DNA from: Abditibacteriaceae bacterium
GTDB taxonomy: Bacteria > Armatimonadota > Abditibacteriia > Abditibacteriales > Abditibacteriaceae
NCBI GenBank assembly: GCA_031425655.1
Contig: JANPJS010000066.1
Coordinates: 1-64,000, forward strand
Reading direction: 5' to 3'
DNA length: 64,000 bases
This document shows, one piece after another, positions 49,327 to 58,455 of the stretch. Numbering within the stretch: position 1 is the stretch's first letter; every line of letters starts with the position of its first letter. A program made the position numbers and the translations under genes. The notes beneath the pieces are model-generated. The model searched no databases and was not told the DNA's origin. It saw only the letters and a list, made by a program, of their open reading frames with translations.

Positions 49327-49968
49327 ATGGCGAAAATCGAGACCGTAAGGGCATTGAGCGTTAAGCAGCCGTGGGCTACCGATTTGATTAACGGCGAGAA
49401 AAAAGTTGAATACCGCGTTTGGCCGATAAAGGAATTAGGGCCGCTGTTGATTGTCTCGTCCAAGAATCCACGCTTCAAAGGGCGCTTACCTTTGGGGTGT
49501 GCGCTTGGATTTGTGGAAGTTGTCTCGTGCAAATGGAGCAAAAAAGACCGCTGCTTTCACTGGAATGTCAAGAATCCCATGCCATTAGCCAAACCCGTTG
49601 AACTCAAGGGGAAACTTGGCATTTACGATGTCTCGATTACGCAAGAGTTGAAGGAAATCAGCTCTAAATATCGGGAATTTTGTGCCCTGTATGGCAAACC
49701 CCGAAGTTATGCGGTGCCGAAGAAGCCGACTGGGTCTTATGACGAACCTGATATTGAAGTAGACAAGCGCCCGCAAATTGCCAAAGACCTGCGAGCCGCC
49801 TTGAAGGAATTGCCAGTGGTGGAGCAATCCATCGTTGACTTTCAGAACCGAGTCGGTGCCATCCATCCCTTTGCAGGTCGCATTGTAGCTGAAGCATTGG
49901 ATAACTTCCGCTACGATATGGGAGCAATTCAAGACGAAATAGATGAACTTACGGCTCAGAAGGAATAG
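49327..49968 (+). CDS. ASCH-domain protein with C-terminal helical extension
   Basis: ALSVKQPWA...GEKKVEYR, KGKLGIY. Confidence 0.85.
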   Translation: MAKIETVRALSVKQPWATDLINGEKKVEYRVWPIKELGPLLIVSSKNPRFKGRLPLGCALGFVEVVSCKWSKKDRCFHWNVKNPMPLAKPVELKGKLGIYDVSITQELKEISSKYREFCALYGKPRSYAVPKKPTGSYDEPDIEVDKRPQIAKDLRAALKELPVVEQSIVDFQNRVGAIHPFAGRIVAEALDNFRYDMGAIQDEIDELTAQKE

Positions 49969-50001
49969 ACCAGTCAGCACAAACAAAAGGAAGTGTTTAG
50001 C

Positions 50002-50751
50002 ATGAAAAAAATGATGGCGTTTTTGTGTGCATTAACATTGCTGTGTGCCGCTTCAAAGGTAAGTGCCAATGATTTCGGGGTTTATGGTGTTGGGGGAAGC
50101 TGGCGACCATTCAAAGGCGAACACCGGAGTATTCGGATGGTTCGGGAAACTGTTCGACTTGATATATACGATATTCAGAATGCACGCTACTATGATGTAA
50201 ATGCGACCTTTGTTTTTCACAATCAAGGTGCAGCAACGAGCGTTGATATGGCTTTCCCTGAAAGGTCAGGCGGGGCCGATGCAATGAATGCAAAATCATT
50301 AACCGGCTTCACTTCCTTCCGAACGACGATTGCAGGGAAAAGCGCAAAAGCTAATCGAGTTTTATCAAAGCGACGCCTTGCATCTGGTGTTGAATATCAG
50401 GCGCTCTGGATTAAGCGTGTCTCTTTCAAGAAAGGAGAAACCAAGTTAGTAAGCGTGAAATATAGGTCTGACGCCGGAAATTTGGCGGGAACCGGTTTTT
50501 TCGCTTCTTATGATTTTTCAGGTGAAAATTGGTTTGGCACGGTAAAGGAAAGCACCTTAACGGTGGTTTTTCATAGTTCAGAAAGCCAGCCTTCAGCGGG
50601 ATTCTTTAGAAACAAGCGGCTCGCTATGAAGCGGGACGGAAGCACTTTTACATACAAGTGGGCTAACTGGCAAGCCAATGGGCCGTTCAAATTCTGGTTC
50701 GCTTTGGCTGAAGACCTGCCACACACTGACGAAGATTTTAAGATTAATTAA
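50002..50751 (+). CDS. Secreted protein, DUF4424-like
   Basis: Signal peptide; IRMVRETV, FVFHN, MAFPE. Confidence 0.6.
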   Translation: MKKMMAFLCALTLLCAASKVSANDFGVYGVGGSWRPFKGEHRSIRMVRETVRLDIYDIQNARYYDVNATFVFHNQGAATSVDMAFPERSGGADAMNAKSLTGFTSFRTTIAGKSAKANRVLSKRRLASGVEYQALWIKRVSFKKGETKLVSVKYRSDAGNLAGTGFFASYDFSGENWFGTVKESTLTVVFHSSESQPSAGFFRNKRLAMKRDGSTFTYKWANWQANGPFKFWFALAEDLPHTDEDFKIN

Positions 50752-51115
50752 ATTGCGGCTTCGCGGGAACCGTGACTTTATATAAGCCAAGCTGCCCTTT
50801 AACCGAAAAAGGCTCCACCGGTCTCGCGTCGCTTAATAGCCACCGCCACGTTCCGTCGCCCGCTCGTTCGCAAGCCGTTAAATTGACGATACCAACGGCT
50901 TCCCCTGAAGGCAGACCGTCAATGTGCGGCTGTTTAGTCGCTACTATCAAAAGGTCGCCGCGATGAGCCGTGCCCCAACTTCGATACTCGATAGCTTTCT
51001 CGCCGGCAGCAATTTGAGATGCAAATGGTTGCTTCACACTTAGCGCCATGACTTCAACCGTTGGTTGCGTCGTCTCTTGCTCAGTCAATAGCTCAAGCTG
51101 TTTACCTTTCATCAT
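50744..51115 (-). CDS. ASCH-domain protein
   Basis: ALSVKQPFA...GEKAIEYRSWGTAHRGDLLI, KGQLGLY. Confidence 0.88.
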   Translation of the reverse strand: MMKGKQLELLTEQETTQPTVEVMALSVKQPFASQIAAGEKAIEYRSWGTAHRGDLLIVATKQPHIDGLPSGEAVGIVNLTACERAGDGTWRWLLSDARPVEPFSVKGQLGLYKVTVPAKPQFN

Positions 51116-51414
51116 TCCGCGCCCGATGTTGCGTCTGTCGCGTCATTGGCGGCAGCCGCTATACAAAGCTGATAAGCCTTGTCGAAACTCTCCGGGTCAC
51201 CATTGCCACCGCCGCTAAGATTTAAAATGCGTTCAGCAAATACCCTTGAAATCGGATGGGTATTAACAAAGGCGGTGCCTGCGCCTTCGGCGCGTGCAGC
51301 TTCGTGCAAGGTCTTCATGTGGCTGGCGAACAACGCCACCACACCGGAAAGATTGACCGCGTTTTGAACACTCAAGGCATCACGGTAGGCCTGTGTTAAC
51401 TTGGTTTCACTCAT
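51112..51414 (-). CDS. Hypothetical protein
   Basis: 4-nt overlaps with both neighbours. Confidence 0.65.
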   Translation of the reverse strand: MSETKLTQAYRDALSVQNAVNLSGVVALFASHMKTLHEAARAEGAGTAFVNTHPISRVFAERILNLSGGGNGDPESFDKAYQLCIAAAANDATDATSGAE

Positions 51415-51851
51415 GTTGTATTGCTCACGAAGCTGGAAGGGCTATTCTCAAACTCAATCTCTTTACGCCGCAGCCATTCCAATGCCGCTCCGATGCTTAT
51501 GCGCTCAATTTTGAAACTGCGGCATTCTTGTTCATCCGTTTTGACTTCGACGGTGAAGACGCGCGCATCGCCTTCATTGCCCCAAAAGCGGATGCGCTCG
51601 TATGTCCATTCAAGAAGTGGCACACCCATATCACAGCCATTTTCCCGAAGCACTACGACGAAGAAACGCGGCTGCTCACGATAGAGCATATCCACGTCTA
51701 TGGCTACATCGTCTGTATAGTGATTAGGCAAACGCTGTTCGTGCATCAAATGAATGAGTGCCCGCGTGCCCCAGTGCGCGTTGCTGTTCAAAGCGTCCAA
51801 TGTGTTAGTCCTGTTTGCTCGTTCCATTGCTCCCTTCCTTGTGCCCTTCAC
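51411..51851 (-). CDS. Hypothetical protein
   Basis: Operonic; start may be the ATG at 51827. Confidence 0.6.
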   Translation of the reverse strand: MKGTRKGAMERANRTNTLDALNSNAHWGTRALIHLMHEQRLPNHYTDDVAIDVDMLYREQPRFFVVVLRENGCDMGVPLLEWTYERIRFWGNEGDARVFTVEVKTDEQECRSFKIERISIGAALEWLRRKEIEFENSPSSFVSNTT

Positions 51852-51891
51852 AGCAGCGGGCGCGGCAGCCGTAGCTACCGCGCCCTTGTGG

Positions 51892-52971
51892 TCAGTTCAT
51901 TTCCGCCAATCGTTGCCAGTCTTTTTCTGGCAGTTGGATGATTTGGCCGCCGATGCTTTCGAGCGCACTCGCTCGCTCGTAGTTTTCGGTGGTGTTAGCA
52001 ACGCGAGTGATGGCATTAGCGAGACCCCACACGCTGCGCTCGTCGTCGGTCTCGAAGTTCGCCAGAGCCGCCGAATGTTCGTCAGCGGTCAAGCCATACT
52101 GCTTTGCCACACGCTCAATGAGCTTTTCGCCGTCGCTCTTGACCGTTGCTTTGTGAGCGGCTTGTAGCCGTTCCAGCAAATCTTTGAAGGTGGCTTCACG
52201 CAACAACTGACCAACAGCATCGCCGATGGTGCGCCAGATTTCAGTCTTGGCCGCTTTGCGTTCATCCGTATCAACAAAACGAGTGAAGTTTCGGTAACAC
52301 GGAATCGCGGTAGCGCGATGAATGCGCTTGATGGCTTCGTCGCCCTGCATGGTTGCTAAACCATTCGTGCAAACGAGCCGATAAATGAACGGCGTGACAC
52401 TCATGTTGCCAAAGCCCAATTCTGAGTTGACGATGGAGATGCCCGCTTCAACGGTGTCGCCGACTTTCACATCACCCTTCAATCGCGGAGTCGTGATTTT
52501 CAAATGGGTGCGCCGGTCTCCGATTTCGCAGCTTTGAACGGTCACGCCCGCTTCATCGAGAACCGGCTGTAAATTCTGCAAAAGTTCGTCGTTGTCCAAT
52601 GGCAAGAACGAAGTCGAACGAACGACACGCGCCGCACCCCGTCCGCTTTCGCTTCCCTGAAATAAGCGCATAAGTCGCGTTTCGGTGTTCGGCTCGGCTT
52701 TAAGCCAAGCATTCACGTTGGCATCCAGCAAAGCCGGATAGACCGATTGCATTTCGCCGTAGTAACTGACTGGAATCCGTAGCGTCTCTGCTACGCTGCG
52801 GTGAAAGGTTGGTTTGGCGTCAAATTCGCCGACGCCGTTGATTGTCCACACGCTGCCGTCTTCGTTGCTTTGCAGTTGGCAAGCATTAAGCCGAGCCACC
52901 ACGTCTTCGCGGCTCTCAGCATTACGCTCGATGGCCGTCACAAACTCGTTGAATTGTATTCCTGTATTCAC
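51892..52971 (-). CDS. DUF932/DUF945-like phage/plasmid protein
   Basis: VGDTVEAGISIVNSELG, YRLVCTNG, WGLANAITR. Confidence 0.8.
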   Translation of the reverse strand: MNTGIQFNEFVTAIERNAESREDVVARLNACQLQSNEDGSVWTINGVGEFDAKPTFHRSVAETLRIPVSYYGEMQSVYPALLDANVNAWLKAEPNTETRLMRLFQGSESGRGAARVVRSTSFLPLDNDELLQNLQPVLDEAGVTVQSCEIGDRRTHLKITTPRLKGDVKVGDTVEAGISIVNSELGFGNMSVTPFIYRLVCTNGLATMQGDEAIKRIHRATAIPCYRNFTRFVDTDERKAAKTEIWRTIGDAVGQLLREATFKDLLERLQAAHKATVKSDGEKLIERVAKQYGLTADEHSAALANFETDDERSVWGLANAITRVANTTENYERASALESIGGQIIQLPEKDWQRLAEMN

Positions 52972-53501
52972 TGAATGCTCCCTTTCTTGGTCAGGGTCTT
53001 GGTCTGCCGTGGTGCCACTGGCCCTGAAGTGACTTTCACGATTGCTAACGGCGCGATGGCGCGTCCGTTGACTGGTTTGTCGTTCGCAGGCTCACGGCCT
53101 ATGAGCGGCACATCTTCGATTTCGCCGTCTAACACAGCGGCGGCGAATTCGTCCGGCTTGTAATCGGGTGACTGCATCTCAGTCAGCAAATTAGTCAGAA
53201 TGCCGGTTTGCACGTCTTGAACAAAGTAATCGGCAGCGGCCTTAACTTCGTAAGCCGCATCGGTGTTGATGGCGGCAAGGTCGGCTTGGAACTTTCGGAT
53301 GGCTTGTTCCAAGATGGGCAGGTCGCGCTCGACCAATGCCCTAAGTCGGTCAGATGGCGTTAAAGGACTGGTGGCAGCCTTTGCCTTCTTACGCTGCTTA
53401 GGCGCAGTAGTCGGCGTAACTGTGCCGTTCGGCTCAACGGGTTGAACCGGCTCGGAAACTGGCGATTCCACCACGCCAGCTTGAGCTTTTATCGTTCTCA
53501 T
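52968..53501 (-). CDS. Hypothetical protein
   Basis: AAAGGA RBS; first gene of the operon. Confidence 0.65.
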   Translation of the reverse strand: MRTIKAQAGVVESPVSEPVQPVEPNGTVTPTTAPKQRKKAKAATSPLTPSDRLRALVERDLPILEQAIRKFQADLAAINTDAAYEVKAAADYFVQDVQTGILTNLLTEMQSPDYKPDEFAAAVLDGEIEDVPLIGREPANDKPVNGRAIAPLAIVKVTSGPVAPRQTKTLTKKGSIQ

Positions 53502-53552
53502 GTGTTCCTATCCTTTCACCCTTAATCAATGACTGATTTACAGGTATTTAAC

Positions 53553-53581
53553 AGTTTATCCCACGTCGGATTATTTGTCAA
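53553..53581 (-). promoter_or_regulatory. Sigma70 promoter of the DUF932 operon
   Basis: TTGACA-17-TAAACT. Confidence 0.7.
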
Positions 53582-53664
53582 ACTTTGACTACAAAGTAGT
53601 TAAATTTAACGATAATCATATCCAGATATGGCAAAAAACCCGACGAACCGATAAAATCGGTATT

Positions 53665-53943
53665 ATGAAAGCTGAAAATCCAAAATCAATTACCGATGCG
53701 GCAAGGGAAGCTGCCCGATTGCTTAGGGCTATTCCTTCGGAGAAGCGGAGCCAAACGTCGAGAGATAATGGGCGCAAGGGCGGTGGTCGTCCAGTTGGTT
53801 CGATTAAACCCTTAGACGAAATACGATGCACCTGTGGAGCTACCCGCATAGATGCTCATAAATCCACCTGTCCACGCGGGAGAGCTATCAAGCGAGATAA
53901 AAAATTGGGTGTGGTTCGCCCTGTAATGACAAGTTTGAATTAA
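53665..53943 (+). CDS. Small basic protein, possibly DNA-binding
   Basis: SRDNGRKGGGRP motif and CxC...H...C. Confidence 0.55.
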   Translation: MKAENPKSITDAAREAARLLRAIPSEKRSQTSRDNGRKGGGRPVGSIKPLDEIRCTCGATRIDAHKSTCPRGRAIKRDKKLGVVRPVMTSLN

Positions 53944-54263
53944 ATACGATTCTGCTTTTGTTGGTGGGCAGCATCTACTTTCTGCTAATAAAAAACAAAA
54001 GGGTAGAACGTCCATAAAGACGCTCTACCCTTCACTACTTCCGGCTCAGTTCAAACACATTATCGTCGCTTCTTTGCAAACGAGTCAGCGGGTGAAAATT
54101 GGATATGTTTCTTCGACAAAAACCTTTTTCATTCCAATGAAATCTCGTAAACTAATACTCGATTACAACATGAGATTCGGTAAGAGTTTGTAGTCGAAGC
54201 CTAATAGTCTTCTGGTTATCAGGTGAGCAAAAATTAAGGATTAGCGGCCCTGTTTTTCGGGCT

Positions 54264-54309
54264 GACTCTTAATCCCAAGGTCGCAGGTTCGACCCCTGCA
54301 CGACCCATT
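54264..54309 (+). repeat. attR core (3' part of tRNA-Lys)
   Basis: Identical to 34294-34339. Confidence 0.95.
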
Positions 54310-54319
54310 TTCCAGATTT

Positions 54320-54562
54320 TTACTCCGCATAAACACCGAGTTTTCGGGCTTGTAGTTGTTTTTTCGCCGTCTCCAAAAGGAAACGCCCGCGCCTTTCACA
54401 GAACGCCCAAAAAGCGATGTGGGCAGCTTTGTCAGGCCAGAGAAACCTTATTGACTGACATCGGTAACGTAGAACAACTTCTTGGGTTGTCTCCGGCAGT
54501 TGAATGAGAAATTGCCGGCTGGGGTTGGCGTCAAGCAGCGTTTCAAACGGTTTCAGCTTCAT
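54320..54562 (-). pseudogene. Truncated third gene of the ars operon (DUF6428-like N-terminus)
   Basis: MKLKPFETLLDANPSRQFLIQLP, coupled to the aquaporin stop, then runs into att-flank sequence. Confidence 0.45.
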
Positions 54563-55278
54563 AGAGAATGACCTTTCGTGGGTTGCAGCAGCGGCGAATC
54601 GCTGTCTAATTCATCTTGCGACTTCGCTTCGGTTTCAATTTCGCGCACGGTGCGGAACGCCAAAACGCCGGCCAGCGCGCCCGCTGTCGGTGCCGGCAAA
54701 TAAATCCACAGCGTGGCCACATGGCCCGATAACAGCGCCGGAGCCAGAGAGCGCGCCGGGTTCATCGAAGCGCCGCAAATCGGCCCGGCAAACATCGCTT
54801 CCAAGCCAATCACAGCGCCGATGACGATGCCTGCCGTGATGCCTTTTTCCTTCGCGCCGGTCGAGACATTCAAGATTACGAACATCAGCAACGCGCTTAA
54901 AACGAACTCCAAAACAAACGACTGCCCGCTTGATCCAGCGGGCAGCGTCGCGCCCAAAGTGCGGCTGGTGGGAAAAAGCACTTTTAGCACGCCGCTCCCC
55001 GCCAAAGCGCCCAAACATTGCGCCACAATATACGGCCCAACTTTGATCCACGGAAAACGCCCCGCAAAAGCAAAAGCCACGCTCACTGCCGGATTGAAAT
55101 GCGCGCCGGACACATCGCCCAACGTGTAAATCATGGCCATGATAATCAGGCCAAAAGTGGCGGCGATGCCGACGTGCGTCACGGTGCCGCCGCTGACTTC
55201 GTTAACGATAACAGCGCCGGTTCCCGCAAAGAGAAGCGCAAAGGTGCCCCAGAATTCCGCCGCCAATTGTTTTTTCAT
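54559..55278 (-). CDS. MIP-family aquaporin (probable arsenite channel)
   Basis: SGAHFNPAV and GASMNPARS; downstream of arsR. Confidence 0.9.
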   Translation of the reverse strand: MKKQLAAEFWGTFALLFAGTGAVIVNEVSGGTVTHVGIAATFGLIIMAMIYTLGDVSGAHFNPAVSVAFAFAGRFPWIKVGPYIVAQCLGALAGSGVLKVLFPTSRTLGATLPAGSSGQSFVLEFVLSALLMFVILNVSTGAKEKGITAGIVIGAVIGLEAMFAGPICGASMNPARSLAPALLSGHVATLWIYLPAPTAGALAGVLAFRTVREIETEAKSQDELDSDSPLLQPTKGHSL

Positions 55279-55280
55279 TA

Positions 55281-55296
55281 ATCGTAATTTAACGAT
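55281..55296. promoter_or_regulatory. Putative ArsR operator 2
   Basis: ATCGT-N6-ACGAT, same as 55638-55653. Confidence 0.55.
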
Positions 55297-55311
55297 GTAT
55301 TCAGGCAAATT

Positions 55312-55632
55312 TTAAAGCTTGCTCAACAGTGATTGAAAGCGTTCGAGCGCCAATGGATTAAGGCAATAGCAGGTGCGCGGGCCGTCTACTTCGCCTTGTA
55401 TCCAACCGGCTTCTTTCAGCACCTTCAAATGCTGCGAAACAGTGCTTTGCGCCAAAGGCAGCACCTCGACGATCTCGCCGCAAATGCAGGTTTCGCGCTC
55501 TTTGAGCAGTCGGATAATTGCCACGCGCGCCGGATGTCCTAAAGCCGCCGCCAACCGCGCCAAGCCTTCATCGCCGGCAAGCGATGTCACTTTCGACGGC
55601 GAATCATCGGGACAACAAAATGCGCGTTTCAT
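55312..55632 (-). CDS. arsR: ArsR/SmtB family repressor
   Basis: [30 protein letters not shown]. Confidence 0.9.
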   Translation of the reverse strand: MKRAFCCPDDSPSKVTSLAGDEGLARLAAALGHPARVAIIRLLKERETCICGEIVEVLPLAQSTVSQHLKVLKEAGWIQGEVDGPRTCYCLNPLALERFQSLLSKL

Positions 55633-55637
55633 CTTAT

Positions 55638-55672
55638 ATCGTTAATTTACGATAAGGCCGGCGCGAGGTCAA
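55638..55672 (-). promoter_or_regulatory. ars promoter with overlapping operator
   Basis: TTGACC-17-TAAATT; palindrome ATCGT-N6-ACGAT over the -10. Confidence 0.65.
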
Positions 55673-55816
55673 CTGGATTGAGAGTTCTGTGCGGTGTCAA
55701 AGGGCAGGTCAAACGTTAAGCGCATAAACTTGGCTTTATGCGCTTGTGGAATCTCCAGCCCGGCGCAATTTCATCGCGCCCTACCCGCACGTTTTTTGCA
55801 TACAGTTCTCATTCTC

Positions 55817-57247
55817 ATGTCCCAACCGATTCATATTCCCGAAGAAACGCAAGACGAAAAGCGTCCTGAAATTGTGCGCGATGCGCAAGGTTTAGTGCCC
55901 ACGCGCGTTGCCGCCGAACGCGCGCTTTTGGCGCAAGTGATTTACGACCAGCATCCCGGCCCGGCCTTAACCGGCACCCAAATCGAGTCGGGGCGGGCCG
56001 CCGACAATCACGAATCGCCCGAAGAAAGTTTGGAAGAACTGGCCGGGTTAGCCGAAGCCGCCGGCGCAGTCGTAGTTGGACGCGCCACGCAAAAGCGCTC
56101 CCGGCCTGATCCGGCCACGCTGTTCGGCAAAGGCAAAGTGCAGGAAATCGCCGAAATGTGCCGCGAACTGAAAGTGGATGTCATCATCGTGGATTGCGAT
56201 CTTTCCCCCGCGCAAGGCCGCAATCTGGAAAAACGGCTCGAAGTGCGCGTCATTGACCGTTCGGAGCTGATTCTTGATATTTTCGCGCGACGTGCGCGCA
56301 CTCGTCAGGCTAAATTGCAAGTCGAGTTGGCGCAGCTTCGTTATCAACTGCCGCGATTGAAGCGGATGTGGACTCACCTTGACAGCATCAGCGGTGGCGT
56401 CGGCACGCGCGGGCCGGGCGAAACGCAGCTCGAAACCGACCGGCGCTTGGCCGACACGCGCATCGCCCTGCTCGACGAGCAATTGTCGGCGCTGCGGCGC
56501 CAAAAGCAGGTCGAAGCCGAAGGCCGCCTCGATTTTGAAGGCGGCGCCCTTGTCGGCTACACCAACGTCGGCAAAAGCGCGCTGCTGAACGCTCTCTCGA
56601 ACCCGACCGGCAAGCAGGTTTTTGTCGCCAACCAATTATTCGCCACATTGGGCGCCGCCACGCGCCGCATTCCTCTGGGCGCCGGGCGCGACATATTGCT
56701 TTCCGATACCGTCGGCTTCGTGCGGCGCCTGCCGCATCACTTGGTTGAATGCTTTCATTCGACTTTAGCCGAAGTGCAAAGCGCGAGCTTTTTGCTGCTC
56801 GTCGCCGACGCCGCCGACCCCGAAGCCGACGAAAAACTCGCGTCGGTGCGCGAGGTTTTAGGCACGCTCGAAGTCGCGGAAACACCGATGATTTTAGTGC
56901 TGAATCAATGCGACCGCCTGAGCGAAACCGAACGAGAAAACCTGCTGGCGCTGCATCCCGGCGCGGTTTTGACCTCGGCTTTAACCGGCGAAGGACTGGA
57001 CAAACTCGCGGCGCGCATCAAGGAAGTGCTGGAACAAGACGACGAAGAAATCGCCCTCACGTTGGACGCCGCATCGAGCCACAGCGGCAAAATGCTCTCA
57101 GATTTGTCGCGACACGGTCGCATTTTGCAGCAGGAATGGGGCACCGACGCCGAAGGCAACAAGCCGCGTGTTTACGTGCGCGCCCGCCTGCCGCGCCGCT
57201 GGCGCGAAAAGCTCGGCATCCGCGATTCCGCCGTGATGAATGGATAA
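55817..57247 (+). CDS. hflX: GTPase HflX
   Basis: LILDIFARRA, GPGETQLETDRR, GYTNVGKS, DTVGF. Confidence 0.95.
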   Translation: MSQPIHIPEETQDEKRPEIVRDAQGLVPTRVAAERALLAQVIYDQHPGPALTGTQIESGRAADNHESPEESLEELAGLAEAAGAVVVGRATQKRSRPDPATLFGKGKVQEIAEMCRELKVDVIIVDCDLSPAQGRNLEKRLEVRVIDRSELILDIFARRARTRQAKLQVELAQLRYQLPRLKRMWTHLDSISGGVGTRGPGETQLETDRRLADTRIALLDEQLSALRRQKQVEAEGRLDFEGGALVGYTNVGKSALLNALSNPTGKQVFVANQLFATLGAATRRIPLGAGRDILLSDTVGFVRRLPHHLVECFHSTLAEVQSASFLLLVADAADPEADEKLASVREVLGTLEVAETPMILVLNQCDRLSETERENLLALHPGAVLTSALTGEGLDKLAARIKEVLEQDDEEIALTLDAASSHSGKMLSDLSRHGRILQQEWGTDAEGNKPRVYVRARLPRRWREKLGIRDSAVMNG

Positions 57248-57261
57248 GTCCTTGAGGTCTA

Positions 57262-57621
57262 ATGACTCAATTACACGCAAAAGAAGAAATCACAGAATTC
57301 GTGAGGGCCGAAATCGAATTATTTAAGGATTTGGCCCTTCGAGACAGAGTTGCAAAGTTCTTAATATCGCCTTCTTTACAAACCCGCAAATGGGCTAAAC
57401 CGCCATATCCGGAAGTGCCATGTTGGATCATTGCTGATTTTCGTGTGGACGGTTTTCAAGGACGTGGTGTCGGCGCGGCTTACTGTCAACTTGGACACGG
57501 AGAAAATGGCTACTTTTGGAATTTAGTTCTTCTACGGGATGAAGAATACTTGGATTCAGGCAATAACAATTGCTATAAAACACTCGAAGAATTAGCGAGT
57601 GATTCTGGTTATTGTGATTGA
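57262..57621 (+). CDS. Hypothetical protein (AT-rich cassette 1)
   Basis: GAGG RBS; directly after hflX. Confidence 0.6.
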   Translation: MTQLHAKEEITEFVRAEIELFKDLALRDRVAKFLISPSLQTRKWAKPPYPEVPCWIIADFRVDGFQGRGVGAAYCQLGHGENGYFWNLVLLRDEEYLDSGNNNCYKTLEELASDSGYCD

Positions 57622-57729
57622 GTCCTTGCGTCACCTGTCAACAACGCCATCGCCGACTGCCCACAAGCCTCGAATTGGCTCCAAAAGTTGACATTTTGGA
57701 ATTATTCCGGGTAACACGCTTCAATTCGG

Positions 57730-57790
57730 GTTCAACGACGGTTTTTTACCCGCAACGCATGACGTTCCGGGTAAAAAAGCGTCGTTGAAC
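57730..57790. repeat. 61-bp imperfect palindrome
   Basis: 28-nt arms with two symmetric mismatches, gttcaacgacg...cgtcgttgaac. Confidence 0.75.
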
Positions 57791-57866
57791 GCCTAAACAG
57801 ACTCGTTCCGCCCTCAACGACGGTCATGACACCAAGAACGCCATTCGTTGCGAGTATAAAAACCGT

Positions 57867-57917
57867 CGCTGGCGCGAAAAGCTCGGCATCCGCGATTCCG
57901 CCGTGATGAACGGATAA
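57867..57917 (+). repeat. Duplicate of the hflX 3' end
   Basis: 51 bp, one mismatch versus 57197-57247. Confidence 0.92.
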
Positions 57918-57951
57918 ATAAGTTCGGCTTTACCGCGTAAATTACGGGCTT

Positions 57952-58455
57952 ATGCCGCACTCCAAATCTCACATGATGATCTACTCTCACATCGAATATA
58001 AAGCAGACAATAGATACATCCATTTTGGAGAGGTATTCATCCCAATCGGCCATACACTTTTATACCTATTGACAGGGTTTCGACTAAGTAGCGTAAGTTC
58101 ACGAATAAATGCACCTCTATTTCCCACTCGTGGAATGCCGTCGGAGCTATCGGGGAAAAGTTTTTTTGCATGGACACTGCGTGTTACCACTGAACTAGGT
58201 TTGTCAGGAAGAGACATTTTGCGAATTGACGCAGAAAAATGGGTTGCGAAAGGAGCCTCGCAGTGGATTACAGGGAATTTCATCACTGACCCGGATTTTC
58301 ACACCCCGTCTTGGTTAATTACTGACGAGTTGGCAGAAGTTCAACAGCAATATGCAGCAGACACACAGGAAGCCATACCTGCTCTTTCAGCTACTATTGC
58401 AGCAATGCGAGAACTTCCCGATGCAAGATTTATTTTCTGGTTCGATTCCTGTTAA
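57952..58455 (+). CDS. Hypothetical protein (AT-rich cassette 2)
   Basis: HIEY, RGMP, HTPSWL and RFIFWFD motifs recall a phage-associated family; start uncertain. Confidence 0.6.
   Translation: MPHSKSHMMIYSHIEYKADNRYIHFGEVFIPIGHTLLYLLTGFRLSSVSSRINAPLFPTRGMPSELSGKSFFAWTLRVTTELGLSGRDILRIDAEKWVAKGASQWITGNFITDPDFHTPSWLITDELAEVQQQYAADTQEAIPALSATIAAMRELPDARFIFWFDSC

Larger units (their letters stand above)
34294..54309. mobile_element. ~20 kb integrative element in tRNA-Lys
   Basis: 46-bp direct repeats at both ends, adjacent integrase, AT-richer cargo. Confidence 0.92.

Noticed and set aside
54264..54309. Second tRNA-Lys gene
   Set aside because: Lacks the 5' acceptor strand and D arm; it is the att duplication.
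57730..57790. Integron attC site (ends fit RYYYAAC/GTTRRRY)
   Set aside because: The arms pair with symmetric mismatches only and have no extrahelical bases; it is a single copy and there is no integron integrase.
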